A stretch of DNA of 64,000 nt. Source: an uncultured Candidatus Rokubacteria bacterium. Its GTDB lineage: Bacteria > Methylomirabilota > Methylomirabilia > Rokubacteriales > CSP1-6. Every line of letters starts with the position of its first letter. Positions within the stretch are counted from its first letter, which is position 1. Made by a program: the position numbers and the translations under genes. This document shows, one piece after another, positions 50,881-60,829 of this stretch. The stretch is taken from contig CAVYTA010000006.1 in NCBI GenBank assembly GCA_963771355.1, forward strand, positions 160,001 through 224,000, read 5' to 3'. The notes under the pieces were generated by a model, which worked only from the letters and a program-made list of their open reading frames with translations, was not told the DNA's origin and ran no database searches.

Positions 50881-52074
50881 ATGACCGCGTCCGCACAGCT
50901 GCGAGCGGTGGGCCGCATGCTGTCGCGACCCTCTCACACCGCGCTGGTGGTGAAAGACCTTCTTGGCGTCCGGCAGCCTCGCCGATCGGATCGCGAGCAT
51001 CTGGAGGGAGCGATCGCCTGGCTGTGCCGCGCGCAGGACGCGGCCGGCGGCGGCGTCTCGGCGGCGTACCACATCCCTGACGGCGGCTGGCTACCGCCTT
51101 ACCCGGAGACCACCGGCTACATCATCTCGACCTTTCTGCGCTACGCGCGCCTGGCCGGCGACGGCGCCATCCGCGACCGCGCCGTCCGCATGGGGGACTG
51201 GGAAATCGACATCCAGCTCGCCTCCGGGGCCGTGCGTGGTGGCATCGGGATCAATGACTATCCCGATATCTTCAACACGGGACAGGTGATCGACGGCTGG
51301 TGCACCCTGTTCCGCGAAACGGGCGATTCGCGCTTCTTGGCGGCGGGAGTGCGGGCAGGTCGGTGGCTCACCGAAGCCCAGGCAGCGGACGGCGCGTGGA
51401 GCGCCCACAGCTACCGGGACATCGCCCATACGTACCACGCGCGCGTCGCGTGGCCACTCCTCGAGCTCGCGCAGCTCGCCGGTGACGAGAAGATGCACGA
51501 GGCGGGCCGGCGGAACATCGAGTGGATCTTGGGGCATGCGGCCCCGAACGGCTGGATTGAGCACATGGCGTTCCGCACTGGCGAGCGTCCCCTGACCCAC
51601 ACCATCGGGTACACACTGGAGGGACTGCTGGGAGCGGCCCCCTTGGTCGGGGCCGAACTCGGGCGGCAGGCCACGGCCCTCGTCCGGACCGCCGCCGAGC
51701 ATCTCCTGCTCGCCTACGAGCGCGGGAGCGGCGTAACCGACAAGGAACTCCTGCCGCTGCCCGCCACCTTCGACCGGAGCTGGAGCTCGCCCGATCGAGT
51801 CTCCTGCATGACCGGCAACGCCCAGCTGGCCATCGTGTGGCTACGGCTGTACGACCTCGACGGCGACGCGCAATACCTCAACGCGGCCCTCAAGATCCTG
51901 GACCAGGTAGCCGCGACCCAATGCCTCACCTCCGGCAATCCCGGCATCCGGGGAGCGATCCCCGGCTCCTTGCCGTGCTGGGGAACCTACTTCCCCCTCG
52001 CGTTCCCGAACTGGGCGGCAAAGTTTTTCGCCGATGCCCTGATGCGGCGAATGGTGGTCATGCGCTCAGCTTGA
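50881..52074 (+). CDS. (alpha/alpha)-barrel protein with prenyltransferase/squalene-cyclase-like repeats, function unknown
   Basis: WLCRAQD, YPETTGYII, WEIDIQLASGA, FNTGQV, WLTEAQAADGAW, PNWAAKFFADAL. Confidence 0.65.
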   Translation: MTASAQLRAVGRMLSRPSHTALVVKDLLGVRQPRRSDREHLEGAIAWLCRAQDAAGGGVSAAYHIPDGGWLPPYPETTGYIISTFLRYARLAGDGAIRDRAVRMGDWEIDIQLASGAVRGGIGINDYPDIFNTGQVIDGWCTLFRETGDSRFLAAGVRAGRWLTEAQAADGAWSAHSYRDIAHTYHARVAWPLLELAQLAGDEKMHEAGRRNIEWILGHAAPNGWIEHMAFRTGERPLTHTIGYTLEGLLGAAPLVGAELGRQATALVRTAAEHLLLAYERGSGVTDKELLPLPATFDRSWSSPDRVSCMTGNAQLAIVWLRLYDLDGDAQYLNAALKILDQVAATQCLTSGNPGIRGAIPGSLPCWGTYFPLAFPNWAAKFFADALMRRMVVMRSA

Positions 52075-52082
52075 GATCCAGG

Positions 52083-52910
52083 TCAGGGTCGGACCCCGAC
52101 CACGATCACCTTGTCCATGAATAGGTTGAACGGGGCCTGGGTCGCGAATCTCTGCTCGATTCGATCGCACCATTTCAGATACGATCGCAGAGCCCGAGGC
52201 AAGGCTCGCTCGATCGGCCCGGCTAGCCAGAAGTTCGTCAGGACCCAGGTTCCCGAGACATTGGATCCCTTTCGAGTGATGACTCTGAGGCCAGCCTCCT
52301 GGAAAATCCGCGAAAGCTCCGGAAGAGAGTTGAAGTCGTTGCGGTAATCGCGGTGGATCCGCGTCAGGCGGGAGCGCGAGTCGGGCCCGAGAAGCTTTCG
52401 AAAAGCTCGAGTCGCGAGCGCCGCGAGGCGCCCGTGTCGCAGAATCTTGATGAGACAGTGGAGCGTCCAGCTATTGTAGTTGAGGACACAGACCACTGCG
52501 CCCGGCTTGCTCACGCGGGCGAACTCTCGAATGGCCGCGGGTTGCGGCATGATGTGCTGTAAGACGCGAATAGAAATGATGCCGTCGAAGCTCTTGTCTC
52601 GGAAGGGGAGCTGCGTAGCATCGGCGGCCACCAACATGGTCGCGCCATCTCCCAGCTTCGACTTGGCGATCTTGAGCATGTTGACCGACGTGTCGATGCC
52701 GACGCAGGAGGTGCCGGGGGGCATGGACTGGATATGTCGTCCCGAGCCACACCCGGCGTCGAGAATTCTCGCCCCGGCACGAAATGGGATCTCAGCGAGC
52801 GCGGCGTCGACCTCCGTACGCTGGAGATACTCTCCGATAATCCCGCGGAACTCGGCGTCGTAGGCGGACGCGGCCTCGAGATCATCCCAGTGTCGGCGAG
52901 TCTGATCCAT
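52083..52910 (-). CDS. Class I SAM-dependent methyltransferase
   Basis: ILDAGCGSG, GIDTS, ADATQLPFRDKSFD, VSKPGA; visibly lower GC than flanks. Confidence 0.85.
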   Translation of the reverse strand: MDQTRRHWDDLEAASAYDAEFRGIIGEYLQRTEVDAALAEIPFRAGARILDAGCGSGRHIQSMPPGTSCVGIDTSVNMLKIAKSKLGDGATMLVAADATQLPFRDKSFDGIISIRVLQHIMPQPAAIREFARVSKPGAVVCVLNYNSWTLHCLIKILRHGRLAALATRAFRKLLGPDSRSRLTRIHRDYRNDFNSLPELSRIFQEAGLRVITRKGSNVSGTWVLTNFWLAGPIERALPRALRSYLKWCDRIEQRFATQAPFNLFMDKVIVVGVRP

Positions 52911-53058
52911 CGTGAGAGCTCCCTTGCGCAAGTAGTGACCGCGAGATTCAGCTACGGCGACAAGCATCCAGGCGAACCGGCTTGGGCATTGTACCTGATC
53001 GCCGCCGTGTCGAGCCTCCCGGGCCGGGGTATAGTGCTTCGGCGAAAGGAGACCACTC

Positions 53059-53775
53059 ATGCCTATCGTTGCGCGCATGCTGACCCTCGAGCAGGACGGC
53101 CTCCCGGGCTACATGGCCCATCCCGAAAGCCCCGGAGCGCGGCCGGGGGTGCTGATGGTGCACCATGCCCACGGCGTCACCGCCGACTACAAGATCGACG
53201 CGTATCGCTTGGCCCAGCTCGGCTTCAACGTGCTCGTGCCGAGCCTCTTCAACATGTTCGGGGTGGCGGGGACGAATCATATCGGCGCCGGCGCGGAGCT
53301 CCAGGCCAAGCACGGGGACGGGGAGTTCCTGGGCAAGATGGAGGAGGCCTGGCACTACCTGACCGGGCGGATGAATTCCGACCCCGCGCGCACCGCGTGC
53401 ATCGGGCATTGCATGGGCGGGCGGCTCCTCATCCCCTTCGCCGCCGATCATCCCCAGATCCGTGCCATCGTGCTCTACTATCCGTCGGTGCGCGACGAGC
53501 CGGAGACGTCACACCGGCCGCGTCATGCCCTCAAGCTGGCCCCCACGCTGAAGAGTGCCGCGCTGGTGTTCTGCGGCGGGCTGGACTTCATCGCGACTCC
53601 GGCCATCCAGGGGCCGTTGTGGCAGGCCTTCATGGCCAGTGGCCAGCCGGTGGAGTGGCATACCTTCTCCGACGCCAACCACGGCTTCCGCCACCCGGAC
53701 AATGCCGGCTTCCAGCCGCACTACGCGGACGTTGCCTGGGCGCTGACGACCGACTTCCTCCAGCGCCGAGTGTGA
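53059..53775 (+). CDS. Dienelactone hydrolase family protein
   Basis: GHCMGG (Cys nucleophile), GGLD, NHGF. Confidence 0.88.
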   Translation: MPIVARMLTLEQDGLPGYMAHPESPGARPGVLMVHHAHGVTADYKIDAYRLAQLGFNVLVPSLFNMFGVAGTNHIGAGAELQAKHGDGEFLGKMEEAWHYLTGRMNSDPARTACIGHCMGGRLLIPFAADHPQIRAIVLYYPSVRDEPETSHRPRHALKLAPTLKSAALVFCGGLDFIATPAIQGPLWQAFMASGQPVEWHTFSDANHGFRHPDNAGFQPHYADVAWALTTDFLQRRV

Positions 53776-53789
53776 CGGCGTGAGGCGGC

Positions 53790-55112
53790 CTATCCTCGCC
53801 GCGAGAGACAGGCACGCACGCGCGCCGCGAGCTGCGGGATCGAGAAAGGCTTGGTCAGGTAGTCGGTAGCGCCGAGATCGAAGCCGGCACGAGTATTGAC
53901 CTCGTCATCCAGTGCCGTCAGCACGAGGACGGGCAGCGCCGCCGTCGCCGGCCGCGAACGAAGCAGGGTGAGGACCTCCAGCCCACCTGGCTTGGGCATT
54001 TGCAGGTCCAGCACGAGAAGATCGGGAGCGTGCCCTTCGATCAACGCAAGTGCCTCCTGGCCGGAGGACGCTTCGCTGACGATGTGGCCGGCCTGGCTCA
54101 GGACCTTCTGTACGAGGGCACGGACGTCCGGGTCGTCGTCCACGACCAGGATGTGGCTACCGCGCTGGGCGTCCCGACCCGCGTGGGGAGCCGGAGGCGT
54201 GCTGGACAGTTGCCGGACGGTGTGCGGCTCGACGGCCAGCTCGAGACCCTCGTAAGCGCAGCAGATCTCGAGCGCGTAGCCGCGCTGCTCGGCGTATCCG
54301 CGGGCTCGCTTCTCGATCGCCTCGACGAACGCGTCGTCGTGGGTCGGATCGTGGTGGGTGAGAGCGAGGTGGCGCACCCCCGCCGCGGCGGCCAGCCCCA
54401 CGGCATACTCGTAGGTGCTGTGACCCCAGTTCTTCCTGGACGGGTACTCCTCCGGGGTGTACTGCGCATCGTGAATCACCAGGCCGGCGCCGGCCATGAA
54501 GCGCGCGTGACGCCGGTCGCCCTCGTGCACGATAGATTCGGCGTGGCTGGAGGAGGGATGATCGTGCCAGAGCGTTTCGGAGAAGGGCTCGTGGTCGCAC
54601 AGGTATACGACCGCCGCGCCGTCGGCCTCGATGCGGTAGCCCAGCGCCATCGCCGGATGATGGAGGTACTGCGCCACGATCCGCGCGCCGCCGATCTCGT
54701 GCGTGCCTTCTCCGAGCTCTCGGAAGGTGATGGTGGCCGGAAGCTGGCTGATCTCGACGGGGAAGTATGTGAACTCCATCTGACCGGAGAGGACTTCGGC
54801 CAGAGAATGTCCGCTCCCTTCCGGACCGCACACCGTGATCTGGTTCTCGCGAACGAAAAGGGGGGCGAAGAAGGGGAAACCCTGGATGTGATCCCAGTGC
54901 GTATGGCTGAGGAGGATCACGGCCGAGATGGGCTTCGGCATGTGCGCCATGAGCTCCGCGCCGAGCGGACGCGCGCCCGTCCCGCAGTCGAATATGAAGC
55001 AGGCCCCCCCGTCGGTCGTCACTTCCACGCACGAGGTGTTGCCGCCGAAACGGACGGTGCCCGGACCGGGCGTCGCGATCGACCCTCGGGTCCCCCAGAA
55101 GCGCACTCGCAT
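53790..55112 (-). CDS. RNase Z-like MBL-fold hydrolase (putative phosphodiesterase) fused to a C-terminal receiver domain
   Basis: FWGTRGSI, GGNTSC, SHTHWDHIQG, HDAQY, WGHS, THHDP; REC VVDDD..LDLQMP..LTA..TKPF. Confidence 0.88.
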   Translation of the reverse strand: MRVRFWGTRGSIATPGPGTVRFGGNTSCVEVTTDGGACFIFDCGTGARPLGAELMAHMPKPISAVILLSHTHWDHIQGFPFFAPLFVRENQITVCGPEGSGHSLAEVLSGQMEFTYFPVEISQLPATITFRELGEGTHEIGGARIVAQYLHHPAMALGYRIEADGAAVVYLCDHEPFSETLWHDHPSSSHAESIVHEGDRRHARFMAGAGLVIHDAQYTPEEYPSRKNWGHSTYEYAVGLAAAAGVRHLALTHHDPTHDDAFVEAIEKRARGYAEQRGYALEICCAYEGLELAVEPHTVRQLSSTPPAPHAGRDAQRGSHILVVDDDPDVRALVQKVLSQAGHIVSEASSGQEALALIEGHAPDLLVLDLQMPKPGGLEVLTLLRSRPATAALPVLVLTALDDEVNTRAGFDLGATDYLTKPFSIPQLAARVRACLSRRG

Positions 55113-55129
55113 GCTCCCTCCCGTGCCGG

Positions 55130-57928
55130 CTATTCGTAGTCCACGTGGAGAGCGTCGAGGTATCGGGCGAGCTCCGCGGCCCGCGTGCGAATGTCCTCCG
55201 GCTCACGGCGTCCGGCCGCCTGCTCCAGGAAGGCGCCGATCTCCGTGATCTGGTTCAAGCCGTAGCCGGCGCCTGATCCCTTCATGTTGTGGCCCAGGAT
55301 GCGAACGTGTTCGTAGTCCGCGTGCGCGAGCGCGGTCGCGATCGCCTCGACGTCCCGCCGCCGGTGCTCCAGATAGCCGGGAATCAGCTCCGCGAGATCC
55401 GCGTCCACCCGGATGCGGACGCGTCCCCTGGTGTGCTCCTCGATGGCGCGCAGGAGCGTCGCTTTGCGGATGGGCTTGGTGAGGTGGGCGGTGCAGCCGG
55501 CGTCGAGGCTCTTCTGGACCTCCTCCGGTAGGGCGTGAGCGGTCAGGGCCAGGATCGGGACCGGCCTCGCGCGGTGCTCGGCTTCCCATTGACGAATCCT
55601 GCGGGTGGCGGAGTACCCGTCCATGACCGGCATCTGGACATCCATGAGCACGATGTCGTAGGTGCCGGCGATGCACATCTGCAGCGCGACCTTGCCGTCG
55701 CCGGCCACGTCCAGGCTGCCGCCGCTGGATTTCAGGTACGACTGGATCAGCAGCACATTGTCCAGGGAATCCTCGGCCAGCAGGATCCGCAGTCCTCGCG
55801 CGGCTTCCCGCACGCCCCCCGGCCGGGCGGGCTCGACCAGCGCGACCGCGCCGGCGCGGGCCTGGTGGATCGCCTCCAGGAGCTCGTCGCGCTTCACCGG
55901 TTTCACCAGGTACGCCGCCACCCCGAGGTCGCGGCTTCGGGCGAAATCCCCCGCGCGGTTGTCCGAGGTAAGCATCAGGATGGTCGTCCCGGCCATGGTC
56001 GGTCGCTGATGAATCCGCTCGGCCACCTGGAACCCGTCGACGACGGGCATGCGGCAGTCCAGCAACACGAGGGCGTAGGGGACACCAGCCTGATGGGCCC
56101 GCAGCAGCTCCGAGAGTCCCTCCTCGCCCCCCTCCGCCTCCGTCACCACCGCGCCCCAGCGCGAGAGCATCTCCCGGAGGATCAGCCGGTTCGTCGTGTT
56201 GTCGTCGATGACCAGGGTCTTCACGTCCTGGAGATCCAGCAGCCCGGAGAGGAGCCGGAGCGGAGCCTTGCTGCCGACCGCGAACCGAGCCGTGAAGTAG
56301 AACGTGCTTCCGGCGCCGATGCTGCTGTCCGCCCAGATCCGCCCCTCCATCAGCTCGACGACCTCCCGCGAGATGGCCAGTCCGAGGCCGCTTCCGCCGA
56401 ACTTGCGCGTCGTGGAGGTGTCCACCTGGGCGTAGGGGGCAAAGATCAGCTCGCGCGTCTCCTCGGGAATCCCGATCCCGGTGTCGCAGACCGCGAACCG
56501 CAGGGCACCCGCGGCGGCGTCCTCGGGATCCCGCTCGACCCGAACGATCACCTCGCCTTGCTCGGTGAACTTGATGGCGTTGCCAATGAGATTGATGAGC
56601 ACCTGCCGCAGCCGGGCCGGATCGCCGACCAGCGCGGTGGGGATCTCCGGAGCGATGTGGAGGGCCAGCTCCAGCCCCTTCTCGTGGGCGCGAATCGCCA
56701 TCATCTCGAGCGTCTTGTCGAGGACGTCGCCGAGATCGAAGTCGATGTTCTCGAGCACCAGATGACCCGACTCCACCTTGGAAAGGTCCAGGATGTCGTT
56801 GATCAGGTCCAGGAGCTGGTTCCCCGCCTTCCGGAAGATGCGGACGTACTCGCGCTGCTCCGAGGCCAACGGGGTCTCCCACAGCAGGTCCGCCATGCCG
56901 ATGATGGCGTTCATCGGCGTCCGGATCTCGTGGCTCATGCGCGCGAGGAAGTCAGATTTCGCCAGATTGGCTTTGTCCGCCGCGGACCGGGCGCCCTCCA
57001 GCTCGACATTTTTTTCCTGTAGCACCTGATCCAGGCGTTTGCGCTCGGTGACGTCGCGCGCGGCCGCGAACACGCCCTGCAGCCTCCGGTCCCGATCGTA
57101 GAAGGTGGTGGCGTTGTAGGACACCACGGTTTCCTTGCCGTCGCGGGCGCGCGCGGTGAGCTCGTAGTTGGTGACCTTCTTCTCGCTCAGCACCAGCTTG
57201 ATGCCTCTCTCGGCCAGCTCGGGATCGGTGAAGTGGTCCTTGAACGGCGAGCCGATCAGCTCGTCGCGCGTGCAGCCGGTGAGTGCCTCCATCTGCTTGT
57301 TGACGTCGGTGATGATGCCGGACGGATTGGTGGTCATCAGCGCGTCGATGTTCGACTCGATGAGGGAGCGCGTGTAGAACTGCTGGTCGCGCAGACGCTG
57401 ATCGAGCTGCTTCTGGTCGGCTTCGACCTGCTTGCGCGCGGTATTGTCGGTTCCGATGAGCAGATAGCCGATGATGGCGTCCTGCGCGTCGCGCAGCGCG
57501 GTGACCGACACCACCGCCGGGAAGCGGGTCCCGTCCTTGCGGAAGTAGGTCAGCTCGTAGATGTCCTCGATCTCGCGCGAGGCTTTGAACACCAGAGCCT
57601 CGAAGCCCGGCGTGATCGCGGTGCCGAGCTCGAGGCTCAGCGCCCTGGCGCGCACGATCACTTCCTGCGGATCGGAGATGTCGGCCGGGGTGATCTTGTT
57701 CAGGACGTCGGCGGCCGCATAGCCCAGCATCCGCTCCGCGCCGACGTTGAACAGCTGAATGACGCCTTTCTCGTCGGTGGCGATGCAGGAGAAGTTCGCA
57801 CTGTTGAAGATGGCGTGTTGCAACGCCCCCGTCTTGAGAAGAGCGGCTTCGCGCCGGCCTTCGGTGATGGCCTCTTCTTTGCCGGAGTCGCCGTCGACAA
57901 AGGCGGGGCGGTGGATGTGCTCGGACAT
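55130..57928 (-). CDS. Hybrid histidine kinase PAS-PAS-HisKA-HATPase-REC-REC-Hpt
   Basis: [54 protein letters not shown], Hpt GHNMKGSG. Confidence 0.93.
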   Translation of the reverse strand: MSEHIHRPAFVDGDSGKEEAITEGRREAALLKTGALQHAIFNSANFSCIATDEKGVIQLFNVGAERMLGYAAADVLNKITPADISDPQEVIVRARALSLELGTAITPGFEALVFKASREIEDIYELTYFRKDGTRFPAVVSVTALRDAQDAIIGYLLIGTDNTARKQVEADQKQLDQRLRDQQFYTRSLIESNIDALMTTNPSGIITDVNKQMEALTGCTRDELIGSPFKDHFTDPELAERGIKLVLSEKKVTNYELTARARDGKETVVSYNATTFYDRDRRLQGVFAAARDVTERKRLDQVLQEKNVELEGARSAADKANLAKSDFLARMSHEIRTPMNAIIGMADLLWETPLASEQREYVRIFRKAGNQLLDLINDILDLSKVESGHLVLENIDFDLGDVLDKTLEMMAIRAHEKGLELALHIAPEIPTALVGDPARLRQVLINLIGNAIKFTEQGEVIVRVERDPEDAAAGALRFAVCDTGIGIPEETRELIFAPYAQVDTSTTRKFGGSGLGLAISREVVELMEGRIWADSSIGAGSTFYFTARFAVGSKAPLRLLSGLLDLQDVKTLVIDDNTTNRLILREMLSRWGAVVTEAEGGEEGLSELLRAHQAGVPYALVLLDCRMPVVDGFQVAERIHQRPTMAGTTILMLTSDNRAGDFARSRDLGVAAYLVKPVKRDELLEAIHQARAGAVALVEPARPGGVREAARGLRILLAEDSLDNVLLIQSYLKSSGGSLDVAGDGKVALQMCIAGTYDIVLMDVQMPVMDGYSATRRIRQWEAEHRARPVPILALTAHALPEEVQKSLDAGCTAHLTKPIRKATLLRAIEEHTRGRVRIRVDADLAELIPGYLEHRRRDVEAIATALAHADYEHVRILGHNMKGSGAGYGLNQITEIGAFLEQAAGRREPEDIRTRAAELARYLDALHVDYE

Positions 57929-58131
57929 GGCTGCCTCCGTGGGTTCTTCCCCCCCGAGAGATGACCGCGATCAGGGCGGGTGTCGAGCGGGATCTGCGGT
58001 CAATTGCTGATCAATCTATTCCAACCGTGAGAGGGCGGCAACAGGCGAAGAAGCTATATCGCCGCCGCCGAGCAGCGCACGAGGCCCTGTTGCCGCGCCA
58101 TCTCGGGGTGAACCCCGACTCGCTCCATGGG

Positions 58132-58151
58132 GTGTAGGTAAAACTTTACAC
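58132..58151. promoter_or_regulatory. Candidate enhancer (UAS) for a sigma54 activator
   Basis: GTGTA-GGTAAAACTT-TACAC inverted repeat about 180-200 bp upstream of the -24/-12 site. Confidence 0.4.
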
Positions 58152-58329
58152 AGTCTACGGTACTGTCGAAGCACGTGAATTCCTGTCCCTATCACCACAT
58201 GCTTCACCCCTGAAGTTAGGTGCCCCACCAGACTTCCCATCCGTCCCTGTCGACCTTTTTGCCGGAACATCGATCCTGTGAGCCGAGTCAGTATTGGCAA
58301 GCTATTGAAATAGGGTCGATTAGTGCTCG

Positions 58330-58345
58330 AGGCACGAAATGTGCG
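58330..58345 (+). promoter_or_regulatory. Putative sigma54 (-24/-12) promoter
   Basis: AGGCACGAAATGTGCG has GG-N10-GC spacing with a GGCACG core. Confidence 0.5.
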
Positions 58346-58421
58346 CATAGCTGAGGATTTGCAGAAATACGGAGACGACTTGACGATGGGACCCTCGTCA
58401 GAGGGGGTGAAGGAGACTCCG

Positions 58422-59426
58422 ATGCCCAAGCTCATCGCGAGTGCGTTGCTGATCGGCCTGTGCCTGGTCCCGGGACTTTCGGCGGCACACTCATTCTCTG
58501 GGCTGGTCGTTTTCGGCGATAGCTTGTCCGATTCCGGCCGAGCCTTCGTTCTGAGCGACGGGCTCTATCGGCCTTCGCCGCCCTATGCGCAGCGGTTCAG
58601 TAATGGCCCGGTCGCACCCGAGTACTTGGCTTCGGCGCTGGGCTTGCCGCTGCTCCCAGCCAGCACGCCCGGGGGGACGAACTATGCCGTTGGCGGCGCC
58701 ACCACCGACACCAGGAACGTGGCCTGGGAGACTGACCTCCCGCCCGGTGTCAAATCGATCGCGGCGCTTCAGCACACCGGGATCACCACCCAGGTCGGCG
58801 AGTTCCTTTCCAGCGGGCCGCCCATCGATCGAGCCAATGCCCTCTTCATGGTCTGGGGTGGGCCAAACGACATCGTCCTCGCGTTTCTGACCGGCGACGA
58901 CCTCGCCGCGGCGGCGGGAGCGGCGGTGGGCAATCTTGCGGGAGCGGTCGAGGCCCTCGCCCTCGGGGGAGGTCAGCACTTCCTCGTGCCCAACATGGTG
59001 GACCTGGGCCAGACACCGGAATTCGTGGGCACGCCACTCCAGAACCCACTACGCACGCTCGTCCAGGGCTTCAACATGGCCCTCGCCGACGCAATGGCTG
59101 ACCTCGAGACGGGGCTGGAGGAGGCGGGCCTCCCGGTGGACATCACGGTGTACGACACCTTCGCGTTGTTCGACGACGTTCTGGCCAATCCCGAGGCGTT
59201 CGGTTTCACAAACACCACGGACTCCTGCCTCGACAACCTCGACGCCTTCCGGGCCGGCTGCCCGGGTTACATCTTCTTCGATTTCACGCACCCGACGACG
59301 CAGGCCCACCGTCTCCTCGGACTGGTATTCAGCGCCGCCGTTGTGCCGGCGCCACCGGGCGCCGTCCTCGTTCTAGTCGGGGCCGGCCTGGTCGCGCTGC
59401 TCGGTCGCCGTCGGGGTCGGGTCTGA
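58422..59426 (+). CDS. Secreted SGNH/GDSL hydrolase with PEP-CTERM-like (VPAP) sorting tail
   Basis: Signal peptide; FGDSLSD, RFSNG, NYAVGGA, GPND, DFTHPT; tail VPAPP + TM helix + RRRGR. Confidence 0.9.
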   Translation: MPKLIASALLIGLCLVPGLSAAHSFSGLVVFGDSLSDSGRAFVLSDGLYRPSPPYAQRFSNGPVAPEYLASALGLPLLPASTPGGTNYAVGGATTDTRNVAWETDLPPGVKSIAALQHTGITTQVGEFLSSGPPIDRANALFMVWGGPNDIVLAFLTGDDLAAAAGAAVGNLAGAVEALALGGGQHFLVPNMVDLGQTPEFVGTPLQNPLRTLVQGFNMALADAMADLETGLEEAGLPVDITVYDTFALFDDVLANPEAFGFTNTTDSCLDNLDAFRAGCPGYIFFDFTHPTTQAHRLLGLVFSAAVVPAPPGAVLVLVGAGLVALLGRRRGRV

Positions 59427-59438
59427 GCGCCGCGCAGG

Positions 59439-60686
59439 CTACGGCGCCTTGTGCAGGTGCCCGTCCTTCATGATGGCCAGCAGCATGTCCGGTTGCTGCA
59501 GACGCTTGATGTCGGCGAGGGGGTCGCCGTCCACGAGCAGGAGGTCGGCGAGGTAGCCCGGGCGGATCTGGCCCAGCTCGTGCCCGCGTCCCATGATCTC
59601 ACCGCCCATCCGGGTAGCGGCGACGAGCGTCTCCATCGGCGTGAAACCGAGAAGGTCGACGAAGAGCAGGAGGTCCCGCGCGTAGGTCCCGTGGGGGTTC
59701 CACGCGAAACCGTAGTCACCGCCGGGCAGCACCCGGATCCCGCGCTTGCGCATCTGGCCGATCGTGTCCACGGCCACCTCGAGTTCGCGTACGAGCCCGC
59801 CCTCGCGCGCCATCTCGGGGGTGAGTCCCCACTCGCTCGCGGCGTGGCAGGCCTGGTAGGTCAGGCCGAGGGCGGGGCCCACGAAGCACCGGTCGCGGTT
59901 GGCCTCGAGGAGGTCAAGCGCCTCCTCGTCGGCGAAGGTGGCGTGGTAGATGATCTCGATGCCGTGGCGCACGCACATCTTGACCGACTCCGCGCTACGG
60001 GCGTGCGCGCACATACGGACGTCGGCGGAGCGGGCGACCTCCATGGCCGCCGCCACCTCGGCGTCCGACATGACGGCCCTTTCAAAGCGGCTATTGCGGG
60101 GGCCGGTGTCGCCGGAGAGATTGAGCTTGAGGAGATCGACCCCCTCGCGCACGAGCAGGCGGCAGGCCTTCCGGACCTCGTCGGGCCCGTCGACCACCCA
60201 GGCAAACGTGGGCGTCTCCAGGTGGGGCAGGTGGAGCGCGTTGTCGTCTCCAAGCCCGCTCGTCACGGTGAGCTCCGGGCCATTGGCGAGATAGCGCGGG
60301 CCGGGGGCGCGGCCGGCCTCGATCTCGTTCCGCGCCACCACGTCGAGCCGGGGCTTGGCCGCGGCGGCCGAGAGCACGCTCGTGTAGCCGCAGTCGAGCA
60401 TGGTCCGGGCATTGCGGAGGGTGATGAGGATATGCTCTTCCGGCGGCAGGCGAGTGAAGTCCGAGTTCCGCGCCGCGTCGGGATAGCTCACGTGGCCATG
60501 CGGCTCGATGAGCCCGGGCATGAGGGTGGCGCCGGCGCCGTCGAGCACGCGCGCGTCGCCGCGCGGGAGGCCGCCGCCGCGCTGCACGGCGGCGATTCGC
60601 GAGCCCTCGACGAGCACGTCGCCGGCGTATGGGGCCGCGCCGGTGCCGTCGAGGATCATCGTGTTGGCGAAGAGCGTCTGGTTCAT
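59439..60686 (-). CDS. Metal-dependent amidohydrolase (Xaa-Pro dipeptidase/HutI-like subgroup)
   Basis: MPGLIEPHGH, LLKLN, AHAR, IYHA, GGDYG, GYLADLLLVDGDP. Confidence 0.88.
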   Translation of the reverse strand: MNQTLFANTMILDGTGAAPYAGDVLVEGSRIAAVQRGGGLPRGDARVLDGAGATLMPGLIEPHGHVSYPDAARNSDFTRLPPEEHILITLRNARTMLDCGYTSVLSAAAAKPRLDVVARNEIEAGRAPGPRYLANGPELTVTSGLGDDNALHLPHLETPTFAWVVDGPDEVRKACRLLVREGVDLLKLNLSGDTGPRNSRFERAVMSDAEVAAAMEVARSADVRMCAHARSAESVKMCVRHGIEIIYHATFADEEALDLLEANRDRCFVGPALGLTYQACHAASEWGLTPEMAREGGLVRELEVAVDTIGQMRKRGIRVLPGGDYGFAWNPHGTYARDLLLFVDLLGFTPMETLVAATRMGGEIMGRGHELGQIRPGYLADLLLVDGDPLADIKRLQQPDMLLAIMKDGHLHKAP

Positions 60687-60750
60687 GTGGTCCTCCGTGA
60701 GCCGCACTATGCCGACATCTCCTGGGCGCTGGCGACGGACTAGCCGGGAC

Positions 60751-60779
60751 TTGACCGCTCCCCGCTCTCGGGCTAGCCT
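60751..60779 (+). promoter_or_regulatory. Putative sigma70 promoter of the ABC operon
   Basis: TTGACC-17 nt-TAGCCT. Confidence 0.4.
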
Positions 60780-60829
60780 GCACTACCCTTCGCCGTAGTG
60801 CAACGGATCGCTCGAATGGAGGCCCCGAC

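Noticed and set aside
58296..58310. TGGCAAGCTATTGAA as a second sigma54 site
   Set aside because: Spacing is off by one and the -12 GC is absent.
58016..58435. 139-aa minus-strand ORF in the AT-rich intergenic region
   Set aside because: Atypical codon usage, no motif, overlaps the GDSL start and promoter elements.
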